Assembly (NCBI GenBank): GCA_038248345.1
Contig: JBBRXO010000004.1
Coordinates: 1-64,000 of the forward strand
Direction: 5' to 3'
Origin: Armatimonadota bacterium
Lineage (GTDB): Bacteria; Armatimonadota; Hebobacteria; CAIYQO01
DNA length: 64,000 bases
Part shown: positions 31,114 to 41,411 of the stretch, piece by piece
Layout: each line of letters starts with the position of its first letter
How positions within the stretch are numbered: position 1 is the first letter of the stretch
Notes under the pieces: generated by a model
What the model saw: only the letters and a program-made list of their open reading frames with translations
Told to the model about the DNA's origin: nothing
The model's database searches: none
Position numbers and translations under genes: made by a program

Positions 31114-31782
31114 ATGACGCCAGAACGAATTCAATCTTTTCTTATATTCTTCCCGATCTTAATTATCTCGATTGCGCTCCATGAGTTCGCACACTGTTGG
31201 GTAACTGACCGGCTGGGCGACGATACCCCACGCCGGGAGGGGCGCATTACGCTTAACCCGCTGGCGCACCTTGATCTTTTCGGGACGATCATGATCGTCG
31301 TCTCCTCGTTGTCCGGTTTCGGTTTTGGGTGGGGTAAATCTTCGCCCTTCAATCCTTTAAATTTCCGCAACCCGGCGCGAGATCGGATGTTAACCGCCAT
31401 TGCCGGGCCGATATCAAATATCCTGCAGAGTATCGCCTGGGCCTCGCTGATGCTGCTGTTGGTTCCATTCACCGCACAAGAATGGTTCAACAATGCCTTT
31501 TTATTCTGTTACATAGGGGTGAAGATAAACATAACCCTAGCTATCTTCAATCTTTTACCGGTTTACCCACTAGATGGACACCATATTCTAAGCTGGCTGG
31601 CCCCACCCTCCTGGCGTCCAGTTATTGACAATCCGATATGGGGATTTGTATTCCTGTTCATCGTCTTCAGTCATTATGCCGATGGCATTATTTATCCAGT
31701 GATGGATTATGCCGGTAATGCGGTGATTATAAGCGTGCTGGGAAAATCTGTTCTCGCTTTCTTATTTGGACATCCTGGATGA
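31114..31782 (+). CDS. Site-2 protease family (M50) intramembrane metalloprotease
   Basis: HEFAH, AGPISN, FNLLPVYPLDG. Confidence 0.93.
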   Translation: MTPERIQSFLIFFPILIISIALHEFAHCWVTDRLGDDTPRREGRITLNPLAHLDLFGTIMIVVSSLSGFGFGWGKSSPFNPLNFRNPARDRMLTAIAGPISNILQSIAWASLMLLLVPFTAQEWFNNAFLFCYIGVKINITLAIFNLLPVYPLDGHHILSWLAPPSWRPVIDNPIWGFVFLFIVFSHYADGIIYPVMDYAGNAVIISVLGKSVLAFLFGHPG

Positions 31783-32492
31783 AAATTCGCACCAATCCGA
31801 TTATCGCCATAGACGGCCCCGCTGGCTCCGGCAAGAGCACTGTAGCAGCACTGGCGGCGCGCAAAGCAGGGTTGCAGTTCATCAGCAGCGGCTCGATGTA
31901 CCGCGCGGTGGCATTGCAAGCAGTGCGCGGTGGTGTGGCGCTGGCGAACCGCGAGGCGATCATCGCACTGGCAGCAGCATTGGATATCTCCTTTACCACT
32001 GATGTAGACGGTATAATTCATACTTTTATCGGCGCTGAGGACGTGACAGAGGCGCTACGTGCCCCCGCGGTGGGACAGATATCCTCGGTGATAGCCGCAA
32101 TAGTAGAAGTACGCGAGCACCTGGTGGACAAGCAACGCGAATATGGCACTGACGGTGGTATAGTGATGGAAGGTCGGGACATCCAGACTGTGGTATTCCC
32201 CGACGCTGATGCGAAGATATACCTCGACGCCTCAGTTGCCGAACGTGCGCGACGCCGCTGGAAAGAGTTGCGTGCAAAAAATGTTACTGTCAGTTATGCG
32301 GAAGTTGAGCAGGAAGTAAAGACCCGCGATACGCAGGATAGCGAGCGTGACGCCTCACCGTTGCGCGCCGCCGATGACGCGATAAAAATTGACACCGATG
32401 GGCGTACCATTGACCAAGTAGTCGATGATATAGTACAACTAATCAGGGATAGTAAGTCAATGCTCGCTGAGAATCGTAAAAAGAGGGATTGA
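31779..32492 (+). CDS. cmk: Cytidylate kinase
   Basis: IAIDGPAGSGKST, SGSMYRA, MEGRDIQTVVFPDA. Confidence 0.95.
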   Translation: MKIRTNPIIAIDGPAGSGKSTVAALAARKAGLQFISSGSMYRAVALQAVRGGVALANREAIIALAAALDISFTTDVDGIIHTFIGAEDVTEALRAPAVGQISSVIAAIVEVREHLVDKQREYGTDGGIVMEGRDIQTVVFPDADAKIYLDASVAERARRRWKELRAKNVTVSYAEVEQEVKTRDTQDSERDASPLRAADDAIKIDTDGRTIDQVVDDIVQLIRDSKSMLAENRKKRD

Positions 32493-33751
32493 TGGATCTG
32501 GGAGCAGCTACTGATCCGGGTCTGGTACGTCCCGGGAATGAAGATGGATTCTACGCTTCACGTAAGTTAGGCGTGTTTGCCGTCGCCGATGGTATGGGCG
32601 GACACGAGCATGGAGAACTGGCCAGCCAGATTACGCTGAAAGCAATCGAAGCCGATGCCGAGAAACTCGCAGCAGCCTCTCCTATTGAATTACCCACCCT
32701 CCTGCATGAGACCTTGCAGGCAGCCAATAATGAAATTATCCTGCAGGCACAGGCCACCGATGCCCAACATCGCATGGGCACCACTGTGGTGTTGGCTTCC
32801 ATCTGTGGGGATCGACTTTACTTCGCACACATTGGCGACAGCCGCCTCTATCTGCTCCGCGGCGATGCTTTCAGCCAGCTTACCCGCGACCATTCATTGG
32901 TACAGTCACTGGTGGACAAAGGCGAAATAACCCCCGATGAAGCCGCCATCCATCCGTTGCGTCACCAGATAACCCGCGTAGTGGGCGGTGATGACCAGGT
33001 GGCCCCAGAGATCGCCAGCCAGGCGCTGGAACCGGGCGATCGTATTCTGCTTTGCACTGATGGTTTGAGCGGTGCAGTGGATCAGGAAGCTATCAAACTG
33101 ATCATGAGTAAACGAATTTCTGCCCAGCATAAAGCGGATGCATTAGTAAAAGCAGCGCTAGCAGCTGGCGGCCCGGACAATATCACCGCCGTGGTGATAG
33201 GCTATCAGCACCCGCGCCCGCTAGCCGCCGCCAAAGCTAGTCCCGCTAAACAGGCTCATACTCTATCAAAACTTCAGTCCGGTATTATCACTATGATGGT
33301 ATTACTGATTGCCTGTGCCGGATATGCTTACCTTGCACACCAGAACCCGCGATATAATATCCAGTCTGATAACGGCACTCCGCCATATTTAACCATGTAC
33401 AAGAGTTGGCCTTTACTCCCTTTCCTGCCTAAAGATAAAATAGACGTGGAGTATGGCTTGGATAAAATACTTTTTGATGATGCCAAGGGCACACAGAACC
33501 TGAAGAAGACAAAAAGCAACATAAGGGAAAAAGAGGTCGGCGATAGCCTGCTGAAAAAGATCGCCGAAGAGACTTCACTGAAGCTGGGGCTGGATACCAA
33601 AAAAGCACTGAATATCGGTGATGTCACTGCCGCACGCTCTACCCTGAACCGTATGCACGCCATTGATGTCGCGGTGAATAAAGACCGGGTAATAGAACTG
33701 GAGCAGGAAGTAAGCCAACATGAAGCGGTGAAAGCAACACCGAATAAATAA
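32492..33751 (+). CDS. PP2C-type Ser/Thr phosphatase with TM anchor and C-terminal extension
   Basis: RPGNED, VADGMGG, MGTT, HIGDSR, LCTDGL, GPDNIT, then a TM helix. Confidence 0.92.
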   Translation: MDLGAATDPGLVRPGNEDGFYASRKLGVFAVADGMGGHEHGELASQITLKAIEADAEKLAAASPIELPTLLHETLQAANNEIILQAQATDAQHRMGTTVVLASICGDRLYFAHIGDSRLYLLRGDAFSQLTRDHSLVQSLVDKGEITPDEAAIHPLRHQITRVVGGDDQVAPEIASQALEPGDRILLCTDGLSGAVDQEAIKLIMSKRISAQHKADALVKAALAAGGPDNITAVVIGYQHPRPLAAAKASPAKQAHTLSKLQSGIITMMVLLIACAGYAYLAHQNPRYNIQSDNGTPPYLTMYKSWPLLPFLPKDKIDVEYGLDKILFDDAKGTQNLKKTKSNIREKEVGDSLLKKIAEETSLKLGLDTKKALNIGDVTAARSTLNRMHAIDVAVNKDRVIELEQEVSQHEAVKATPNK

Positions 33752-33753
33752 TA

Positions 33754-33790
33754 CACAAAGCCCCGGGCAATATATGCCTGGGGCTTTGTG
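33754..33790. terminator. Terminator hairpin between convergent genes
   Basis: CACAAAGCCCCGGGCA / TGCCTGGGGCTTTGTG, 16-bp stem with one G-U pair. Confidence 0.75.
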
Positions 33791-33812
33791 CTGTGTTTAC
33801 TTGTCTACGATC

Positions 33813-35180
33813 TTAATACGTCATGATCTGTATGAACGGCGCTTCGCCGATCTCCTGTACAGCACAAACGGGGGTGCGTACAGAATTCACGGTCTTGAGC
33901 ACCTGCAGAAATGAGTAGCTGCCTTCCATCCAGAAACGCGCTATCCCGTCAGCATCGGTGAGGAGCTTTTGTCGGGCAAATTCAGATACCGCCGCCGGAT
34001 TCAAAAATCCAAGACAGACGCCATCATAACTCTGCACCATGGCCTGTATCGCCGCCAGGGTGGTGAAGAATGTATCTTCACTCACGGTCATCAACAAGCG
34101 GGTGATATCCAGCAGGATACGTCCATGTTGTTTATTACTTGTCTGTTGAAAAGCTTCATCCATTCTAGTGAGCACGTCAGAGATATCCTCTAATGAAGCT
34201 ACAATGAAAGTCAATTGCGAACCATTTACCTCGGCTTCCACCAGTTCCTTGCCTATCCCCATATGTTCAGCTTGTTGCCCCAGCTTTTTCGCACTGGTTA
34301 CCGAGGGGGCCAGATTAAATGCGTAGTCCCCTACTCGATGTGCCTCTAGCAGATAGTTTAGTTCCAACACCTCCTGGTGTAGCTCTGAGTTGACTTCAAA
34401 CAGATAAAATGAACCATAAGGAATACCGCCGCCGAGTAAATTATCCAACTGGGGGATACCTACCGAGATGGATTCCTTATAAAGGAATATCGCATCCTGA
34501 TATGGCGGAACAACTTCGATGCCCCTGTCATTTATGTAGAAGAGCGAACGCGCCGGGATATGTCGGGTACCGCGACTTTTTAACACTTCAATAAAGCGCA
34601 TACGCTGACCGCATACGCGATCCATGGTCAGGTGAATCACCGAATCGGTAGTATATTCCTCGGCTACTGTTCCCGGTTTCTCGCCTTCTGTTAACTCCCG
34701 TAAGAGCAGCGGGGTCAGACCTTCTCGCTTTAGCGCGTTAATTAGACTATAGATAACTTCCCGTAGTTCACCTGGATCGGAAGCTAGCCGATGGAAGTGG
34801 GTGATGGAATCAACCACTACACGCTTGGCTCCGGTCTCACGAATCATTTCGGGGAATATTCCTTCGTGCCGCTTGATATCCTGGTACAACAAGTCAGGGC
34901 TAGTGAAAATAACCTTCAGTTTACCCTCTTCTTCCAGGCGACGAAAATCCCACCCGAAATTAAGAGCGTCACGATATATCTGCTGGGGGAATTCTTCAAA
35001 AGTTATAAAAAAACCCGGCTCGTCATATTTGGTAATGCCATCATAAAGAAATTGCATACCCAAAGTTGACTTGCCACTTCCCGGAGAACCGGCGACAAGC
35101 ACCGCATCACCCAATAGTAAACCGCCATAAAACAGGCTATCCAACCCAGGAATGCCCGCTGAAATTCGTTGCATGGTCAT
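33813..35180 (-). CDS. KaiC/RAD55-family ATPase, double domain with degenerate second domain
   Basis: Domain 1: GIPGLD, GSPGSGKS, ITFEE, VVVDS, VLKSRG; domain 2 starts GIPQLDNLLGGGIP but has no Walker A; SD GGAGAGG before ATG 35180. Confidence 0.88.
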   Translation of the reverse strand: MTMQRISAGIPGLDSLFYGGLLLGDAVLVAGSPGSGKSTLGMQFLYDGITKYDEPGFFITFEEFPQQIYRDALNFGWDFRRLEEEGKLKVIFTSPDLLYQDIKRHEGIFPEMIRETGAKRVVVDSITHFHRLASDPGELREVIYSLINALKREGLTPLLLRELTEGEKPGTVAEEYTTDSVIHLTMDRVCGQRMRFIEVLKSRGTRHIPARSLFYINDRGIEVVPPYQDAIFLYKESISVGIPQLDNLLGGGIPYGSFYLFEVNSELHQEVLELNYLLEAHRVGDYAFNLAPSVTSAKKLGQQAEHMGIGKELVEAEVNGSQLTFIVASLEDISDVLTRMDEAFQQTSNKQHGRILLDITRLLMTVSEDTFFTTLAAIQAMVQSYDGVCLGFLNPAAVSEFARQKLLTDADGIARFWMEGSYSFLQVLKTVNSVRTPVCAVQEIGEAPFIQIMTY

Positions 35181-35200
35181 TTTGCTCTTCCTCTCCAATA

Positions 35201-35845
35201 CTAGCGACGCTGCGGAATAAACCGGTACACATCTGCTCCTGGATAACTAATCTTCTGAATGAAGTGGCGTTGCTCCAGCAATTGAAGCTCCTGATCCACC
35301 TCTCCCATCTCACGTCCCAAACGAATTGCCAGTTGACGAGCCGTGTTAACCGTATAAGGATTGGACTCAAAAAAGGAGATCAATCTGTCGATACCGCCCA
35401 GTGAGGAAACAGCCTCCTGCAATTGCCCAGTCACCCGGTAGCTTCGAACATCACGACGAATCTTCTCGCCCAATCCCTGCAACTGCGTTGCCTGTGACAA
35501 CACAAAGGCTTCCAATTCAGACTCTGAGAGATTCTCGATGTTCTTCTTCTCTTGTTCGCGTCGCTTGACGAATCCCTCTACCTCGCTCACTGAACCTTCC
35601 AGGCTATACCCCTGATCAAGCGCTTGCTTTATCAGGGCGATTTTCTCTAATGCGAAAAAATCGTAACTCCGATTTCTATCCTCATCTATCGGAGTAATTA
35701 TTCCTTTATCAGTCCAGTAGGAAAGTTGCCGTATTGATACATCGCACATTGCCGCCGCCTGCCCAATGCCTAAATGCAGATGCTCCATCATTGCATGAAC
35801 ATCAATGGGATGAAGGCCTATTTTTTTCTTCTCGTGTCCCGCCAT
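35201..35845 (-). CDS. MerR-type HTH protein with C-terminal winged-helix-like domain
   Basis: IGQAAAMCDVSIRQLSYWTDKGII...RNRSY...IKQALDQGYSL; C-terminal TARQLAIRLGR...ELQLLE. Confidence 0.85.
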   Translation of the reverse strand: MAGHEKKKIGLHPIDVHAMMEHLHLGIGQAAAMCDVSIRQLSYWTDKGIITPIDEDRNRSYDFFALEKIALIKQALDQGYSLEGSVSEVEGFVKRREQEKKNIENLSESELEAFVLSQATQLQGLGEKIRRDVRSYRVTGQLQEAVSSLGGIDRLISFFESNPYTVNTARQLAIRLGREMGEVDQELQLLEQRHFIQKISYPGADVYRFIPQRR

Positions 35846-36042
35846 CGCTGTTTCCCCCCTTCGGAGATTATCACCCGATTTTTGGATAGAAACCCGGGTT
35901 GCCCGATTCATTACCTGACAAACTATGCTGATTCCATAATATTAGCCTATTCCTAGCGTAGTGGTGTCGTAATTTTAGCACAATTGACGAATTTTAGGCG
36001 AATTGAGGCACAATCAGTGTTTTTTTTTAGGAACATATGTGG

Positions 36043-36101
36043 TAAAAGAACACACCGGAGATGGTGTCAGTAAGTTACCTCACTGATACCACCCCCGGTG
36101 T
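36043..36101 (-). terminator. Long hairpin terminator after icd
   Basis: ACACCGG...TGGTGTCAGT / ACTGATACCA...CCGGTGT imperfect stem, followed by GTTCTTTT on the minus strand. Confidence 0.6.
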
Positions 36102-36117
36102 CATGTTCAATAAAATG

Positions 36118-37194
36118 CTATATACGCAGAAGTGTGGCGATAATCGCATCAGCCATCTGACTGGTGCCCACAGCGGTGGGATCATCACGATTAGGCTTCA
36201 TGTCATAGGTGACAAACTCGCCCTTTGCCAATACGTCAGATACTGCGGCTTCTAAGCGGTCGGCTGCGTTACGCTCACCCATGTAACGCAACATGAGCAT
36301 CCCCGAAAGGATGAGGGCGGTAGGGTTCACTTTGTTCAGGCCCTTATATTTCGGTGCCGAACCGTGCGTTGCTTCAAAGACTGCGCCCTTTTCGCCGATG
36401 TTGGCGCCTGGAGCCATGCCTAGTCCACCGACAAGCCCAGCGGCCAGGTCACTAAGGATATCGCCATAGAGATTAGGCAGAACAATGACATCAGACTCTT
36501 CCGGGCGTTGCACCAGTCTCATACAGATGGCATCAATAAGCGCTTCATCGTATTCTACCCGGCCTTTGTACTCTTCCGACACCTCACTCGTCATACGGTA
36601 GAAGAGACCATCGGTATACTTCATAATATTCGCTTTTGCGACCGCCGTGACTTTGCGACGCTTGTTGTCGACCGCGTAATCGAAAGCGTATTTCGCAATG
36701 CGACGTGAACCGGTAACACTTATCGGTTTAATGCTGATAGCGCTATCTTCACGAATTTTACCTCCCGCCATCGCAATGATATGGTTTGCTTCATCGCTCC
36801 CCAGGTCATATTCCACGCCAGCATACAGGTCTTCCGTGTTTTCACGCACAATTACCAGATCAACATTCTCATAGCGTGAGCGAACACCGGGGTAACTTTT
36901 ACACGGACGCACACAAGCATACAAATCCAGCTCTTTGCGCAATGCGACATTGACACTGCGAAAGCCGCTGCCAATAGGAGTGGTGATAGGAGCTTTCAGC
37001 GCCACCCCATTACGGCGGGCAGATTCAATAGTAGAATCTGGTAACGGCGTGCCGGTCTCGGCCATGATATCGATACCTGCATGGGCGATTTCCCAGTCAA
37101 TCTTCACGCCAGTGGCATCGATTACCCGGCGCGTTGCTGTTGCCAATTCCGGCCCAGTACCATCGCCCGGGATTAGTGTCACAGTATAGGACAT
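36118..37194 (-). CDS. icd: Isocitrate dehydrogenase, probably NADP-dependent
   Basis: [25 protein letters not shown] (Ser as in isocitrate-specific members), [30 protein letters not shown] (KY pair as in NADP-specific E. coli IDH). Confidence 0.85.
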   Translation of the reverse strand: MSYTVTLIPGDGTGPELATATRRVIDATGVKIDWEIAHAGIDIMAETGTPLPDSTIESARRNGVALKAPITTPIGSGFRSVNVALRKELDLYACVRPCKSYPGVRSRYENVDLVIVRENTEDLYAGVEYDLGSDEANHIIAMAGGKIREDSAISIKPISVTGSRRIAKYAFDYAVDNKRRKVTAVAKANIMKYTDGLFYRMTSEVSEEYKGRVEYDEALIDAICMRLVQRPEESDVIVLPNLYGDILSDLAAGLVGGLGMAPGANIGEKGAVFEATHGSAPKYKGLNKVNPTALILSGMLMLRYMGERNAADRLEAAVSDVLAKGEFVTYDMKPNRDDPTAVGTSQMADAIIATLLRI

Positions 37195-37386
37195 AATTGT
37201 TATCAACCTCCAGTTTCACGTACTTCATCTAGCGAATGTACGTGGTGATATTATTTGTATTCCACATAGCAGGTTAGATTCCTTCCTGAAAATGCTGAAT
37301 ATGGACCAGATATAGCATTTCCACATACCTGACAATTTATAGTCACCGGCGTTGCACCTAGCAGGCATATATCTGACCAATACTCA

Positions 37387-37440
37387 TTGACATCGCAACG
37401 CCATTAGTCATACTATATACTCATGTAGTTATATAGCTAC
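37387..37440 (+). promoter_or_regulatory. sigma70-type promoter and candidate operator upstream of the ech operon
   Basis: TTGACA 37387-37392, TACTAT 37411-37416 (18-nt spacer), near-palindrome GTAGTTATATAGCTAC 37425-37440. Confidence 0.5.
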
Positions 37441-37671
37441 TAATCGCACATTTGTAGTATAATAATGGTAGATTTTGAGGAGTTAGTGCTATACTTTCCG
37501 TCTGCGAATATGCTATAATAATTGACGGGATACTCATAATGAAGCCTCTTTGGCCACTAGTGAGCATTAGTTACTATCACCTCGCAATCTACTTGCGCCC
37601 ATAACGGTGCAGTTTGACTGTGTGTAGATAGTGACATATTTTTAGATATTTATTTGAAAGGAGCGCCTGTT

Positions 37672-39660
37672 TTGGAGGCTATCGCATCAACTTACGCATT
37701 ACCCTTACTTGCCGCCCTCGTGTTATTGCCGGCGCTGGCTGCAGTGCTCTCCCTGGCTATACCTCAGAAAGCATTTCGCAACGCACTGATTATCCTGACT
37801 ACCGTGGTCATGATTTCCGCCTCATCATTCCTGGCATACGCCATTGTACAGGCTGCCGGAAAATTCCCTATCGAGATATCCGAACATGCCACCGAAACTA
37901 TCACATGGATTATTCGGGGCATTGATGCAATAGTACTGCTCTACGTTATCTGGCTAGGTATTAAGGAAAAACGAGCCGTCGCGCCGATACTGGCAGTTAT
38001 CCAGATAGCTTCACTAGTATGCTTCGAGATATTCTTCCACATCACCGAACCAGCAACCCCAATTACGCTAGATTATCTCTCGCTGGTGCTAATTTTGCTC
38101 GCTTCCATTATCGGGCCGCTGATTCTAGTCTTCAGCATAGGATACATGGATAGCCATGAAGAGCACCTGCATTTGACCGAATCACGGCAGCCACGCTTCT
38201 TCGCCATATTGTTCCTTTTCCTCGGGGTGATGAATGCACTGGCGATGTCGGACAATATCCTTTGGATGTACACCTTCTGGGAGGTCACCACACTTTGTTC
38301 CTTCCTGCTCATCGGGCATGATGGCACCGAGCTCTCCATTAAGAACGCCTTTCGCACTTTAGACCTGAACATGCTCGGTGGCGTGGCCTTTATCTGGGGT
38401 ATCATCGCCATCTACCATGCCCAGTCAACGATCCTTATCTCCGATATCGTGAAATTGCATATCGGCCCGGGATTAGGGTGGACTTTTGCAACAGGCATTG
38501 CGTTGCTTTGCCTGGCAGGATTTACCAAAGCCGCGCAGTTCCCCTTCCAGAGTTGGCTCCTCGGCGCAATGGTGGCCCCCACCCCGGTGTCCGCTTTGCT
38601 CCACTCCAGTACTATGGTGAAGGCAGGTGTATTCCTTATTGTACGCCTATCTCCGGTGTTTGCCGGTACTCTACTAGGTAATGTAGTCGCATTCGCCGGA
38701 GGATTCACCTTCCTGGCCGCTAGCGCCATCGCTATCAGTCAGTCCAATGGAAAGCGCGTGCTGGCCTATTCGACTATCGCAAACCTCGGGCTGATCATCT
38801 GTTGTGCCGGCATTGGCACACAGGCGGCTCTCGGCGCGGCGATCCTGCTAATCATCTTCCATGCCGTATCAAAAGGACTACTCTTCCTCTGTATCGGTAC
38901 CATTGAAGATAAGATCGGCAGCCGTGATATTGAAGATATGCAGGGATTGATGAAGATCATGCCCTACACCACTTTCATTACAGTAATCGGAATGATGTCG
39001 ATGTTACTACCTCCATTCGGTGTATTGATGACAAAGTGGCTGGCAATTGAAGCTAGCGTCTATCTCCCGCCAGTGCTGTTGCTCATAATCCTCGGTAGTG
39101 CCTTTACCGTAGTCTTCTGGGCGAAGTGGATTGGCATAATATTGACGATGTCCTACAAACCCAGTTATCCAGTGGAGAAGTTGAAACCCTCGATGGGCTT
39201 CACGTTGGGTGCCTTGCTCGCGATTGTTCTTGCCGCAAGTTTCGGCTTTGCGCCAATTTACAACACATTGGTAGTGCCACACATTAACTCGTTGCGGGGC
39301 ATCTCTCAATCGTTGATATTACATGCTAATGCCAATGGGATATACCTCAACACAGACGGTTACGTTTCGGGCGGAGTTCTCTCTTACGCGCTTTTTGTCA
39401 TTCTCTTCCTGTTGATGCTTGGAGTACCATTCTTTTTGTACCGCACCCGGCCAGAAACGATAAAACCTCCTTATTTCGGAGGTGAGCTGGCCAATGATGA
39501 TATCCGCGGTATCGACTTTATTGGCCCAGGAGACAAAGTGGAGCAAATCATCGTACATAACTATTACATGGCGAGCATCTTCGGCGAGGGAGCGCTAACC
39601 CTATGGACCAGCCTCATAGCTGGCGCCATCATCCTGGTGATGTTTGGAGTGGTGCTCTAA
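37672..39660 (+). CDS. echA: Ech hydrogenase antiporter-like membrane subunit A
   Basis: NuoL/MrpA-like: FWEVTTLCSFLLIG, KAAQFPFQSWL..AMVAPTPVSALLHSSTMVKAG; first gene of an echABCDEF series; TTG start behind SD AAGGAG. Confidence 0.9.
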   Translation: MEAIASTYALPLLAALVLLPALAAVLSLAIPQKAFRNALIILTTVVMISASSFLAYAIVQAAGKFPIEISEHATETITWIIRGIDAIVLLYVIWLGIKEKRAVAPILAVIQIASLVCFEIFFHITEPATPITLDYLSLVLILLASIIGPLILVFSIGYMDSHEEHLHLTESRQPRFFAILFLFLGVMNALAMSDNILWMYTFWEVTTLCSFLLIGHDGTELSIKNAFRTLDLNMLGGVAFIWGIIAIYHAQSTILISDIVKLHIGPGLGWTFATGIALLCLAGFTKAAQFPFQSWLLGAMVAPTPVSALLHSSTMVKAGVFLIVRLSPVFAGTLLGNVVAFAGGFTFLAASAIAISQSNGKRVLAYSTIANLGLIICCAGIGTQAALGAAILLIIFHAVSKGLLFLCIGTIEDKIGSRDIEDMQGLMKIMPYTTFITVIGMMSMLLPPFGVLMTKWLAIEASVYLPPVLLLIILGSAFTVVFWAKWIGIILTMSYKPSYPVEKLKPSMGFTLGALLAIVLAASFGFAPIYNTLVVPHINSLRGISQSLILHANANGIYLNTDGYVSGGVLSYALFVILFLLMLGVPFFLYRTRPETIKPPYFGGELANDDIRGIDFIGPGDKVEQIIVHNYYMASIFGEGALTLWTSLIAGAIILVMFGVVL

Positions 39661-40541
39661 TGGAAGATCTATTACACCAGATTACCTGGCCTATGCTCGC
39701 AATTTTTGCTGCCATTGTGGTGGCGCCCCTACTCGGCGGGCTTCTCACCGGGCTGGATCGCAAGCTTACCGCACGAATGCAAGGCCGGTTTGGCCCACCG
39801 ATACTCCAACCATTCTTTGACTTCTTTAAGCTCATCGGGAAAGAACGAATCACCGTCAACTCGACGCAGACGCTCTACGTGCTGGGGGCGCTATTCTTTG
39901 CCGTCACCAGTCTGGTAATGCTAGCTCTAGGTCATGATCTATTGATGTTAGTCTTCGTGCTAGCATTTTCCAATATCTCCCTTATTATGGGGGCGATGTC
40001 AGTTCGGTCACCCTTCAGCAAAATAGGCGCTCAACGGGAAATTATCCAGATGATGGCTTACGAGCCGGTAATTCTACTCATGGTAGTCGGGATTTATCTG
40101 GTAACAAAGAGCTTTATGATTCAGGACATCTTCACCTACGGCAGTCCGTTACTTTACAAATTACCGCTGGTCTTTGCCGCTTTCCTGTACATACTTACCA
40201 TCAAGCTGCGTAAATCGCCATTTGACTTCTCCACCAGCCATCACGGGCATCAGGAGCTGATCAAAGGTTTGACCATCGAGTTCTCCGGTGTACAATTGGC
40301 GCTGATTGAACTGACCCACTGGTACGAGACGGTATTACTGCTCTGCCTGGTGGCGCTCTTCTTCGCGCAGCCGATCTGGGTTGGTATCATCATCGCACTG
40401 GTGGCCTTTGTGCTGGAGATTATCATAGATAATATCTGCGCCCGTACTACCTGGAAATTCATGTTACAACTCACCTGGGGCTTCGGTATCGGAGCTGCTA
40501 TCACCAATATTGTCTGGCTATATCTAGCCATGGGACGGTAA
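39660..40541 (+). CDS. echB: Ech hydrogenase membrane subunit B (NuoH-like)
   Basis: DRKLTARMQGRFGPPILQPFFD, KSPFDFSTSHHGHQELIKG; TAATG overlap with echA. Confidence 0.92.
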   Translation: MEDLLHQITWPMLAIFAAIVVAPLLGGLLTGLDRKLTARMQGRFGPPILQPFFDFFKLIGKERITVNSTQTLYVLGALFFAVTSLVMLALGHDLLMLVFVLAFSNISLIMGAMSVRSPFSKIGAQREIIQMMAYEPVILLMVVGIYLVTKSFMIQDIFTYGSPLLYKLPLVFAAFLYILTIKLRKSPFDFSTSHHGHQELIKGLTIEFSGVQLALIELTHWYETVLLLCLVALFFAQPIWVGIIIALVAFVLEIIIDNICARTTWKFMLQLTWGFGIGAAITNIVWLYLAMGR

Positions 40542-40545
40542 AACA

Positions 40546-41022
40546 ATGGGCCTCATCAATAAAGCAACAATTAAATCACCCTGGATAGTTCACTTCGACT
40601 GTGGCAGTTGCAATGGCTGTGATATTGAGACACTGGCCGTCCTCACGCCCATGTATGATGTTGAACGCTTTGGCATTATAAATGTTGGTAATCCGAAGCA
40701 CGCAGATGTCCTCGTAGTTACCGGCTGCGTTAATTATCGTAACGCACGTGTACTGGAGCAGATTTACAACCAAATGTCCGAGCCCAAGGCGGTAGTAGCA
40801 TTAGGCGCTTGTGGCTGTACCGGCGGGATATTCCAGGAATGTTACAACACCCTCGGCGGTATCGACAAAGTGATCCCCGTAGATGTATACGTGCCCGGTT
40901 GCGCGCCTAAACCAGAAGCAATTATTGATGGCGTCGTGATGGCGTTGTCCAAACTGGCTGAGAAGCAGGAGAATATGGGTAAGTCGCCAGTAGTTGCCAA
41001 TGAAAAGGTAAGGAGCTTATAA
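40546..41022 (+). CDS. echC: Ech hydrogenase small subunit C
   Basis: CGSCNGCDIE, GACGCTGG, VPGCAPKPE [4Fe-4S] ligands. Confidence 0.93.
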   Translation: MGLINKATIKSPWIVHFDCGSCNGCDIETLAVLTPMYDVERFGIINVGNPKHADVLVVTGCVNYRNARVLEQIYNQMSEPKAVVALGACGCTGGIFQECYNTLGGIDKVIPVDVYVPGCAPKPEAIIDGVVMALSKLAEKQENMGKSPVVANEKVRSL

Positions 41023-41393
41023 TGCTGGAAAATATTTCTGATATCAACACCGACCAATTATTGTCCGTGACTCAACAGGTAGACCTCGAAGGTTATCGCT
41101 TCGTCACTGCCAGTTGTGTGGATAATAATAACGGTACACTCGATCTGATATATCACTATGACCTGGATGGCATACTGAAACAATTTCGCCTGCAAGTTAC
41201 GCACGAGACGGTAGTACCGAGTATCTCACGCATCTTCTACGCTGCCCTGCTGGTAGAGAATGAAATCAAGGAACTTTTCAACGTTAATATCACTGGAATC
41301 GTCATCGATTATGGCGGACACCTGCTCCTCTCCAAGGGAGCGCCGGAGTCACCGATGGCCTATCCGAATCAAATCACTATTGAGCGGCGGTAA
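41022..41393 (+). CDS. echD: Ech hydrogenase subunit D (NuoC-like)
   Basis: VPSISRIF..A.LVENEIKELF; position in the operon. Confidence 0.88.
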   Translation: MLENISDINTDQLLSVTQQVDLEGYRFVTASCVDNNNGTLDLIYHYDLDGILKQFRLQVTHETVVPSISRIFYAALLVENEIKELFNVNITGIVIDYGGHLLLSKGAPESPMAYPNQITIERR

Positions 41394-41411
41394 CGCGAGA
41401 AGGGAGTCAAT

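Noticed and set aside
33813..35180. Circadian clock KaiC
   Set aside because: The second domain lacks Walker A and no kaiA/kaiB gene is adjacent
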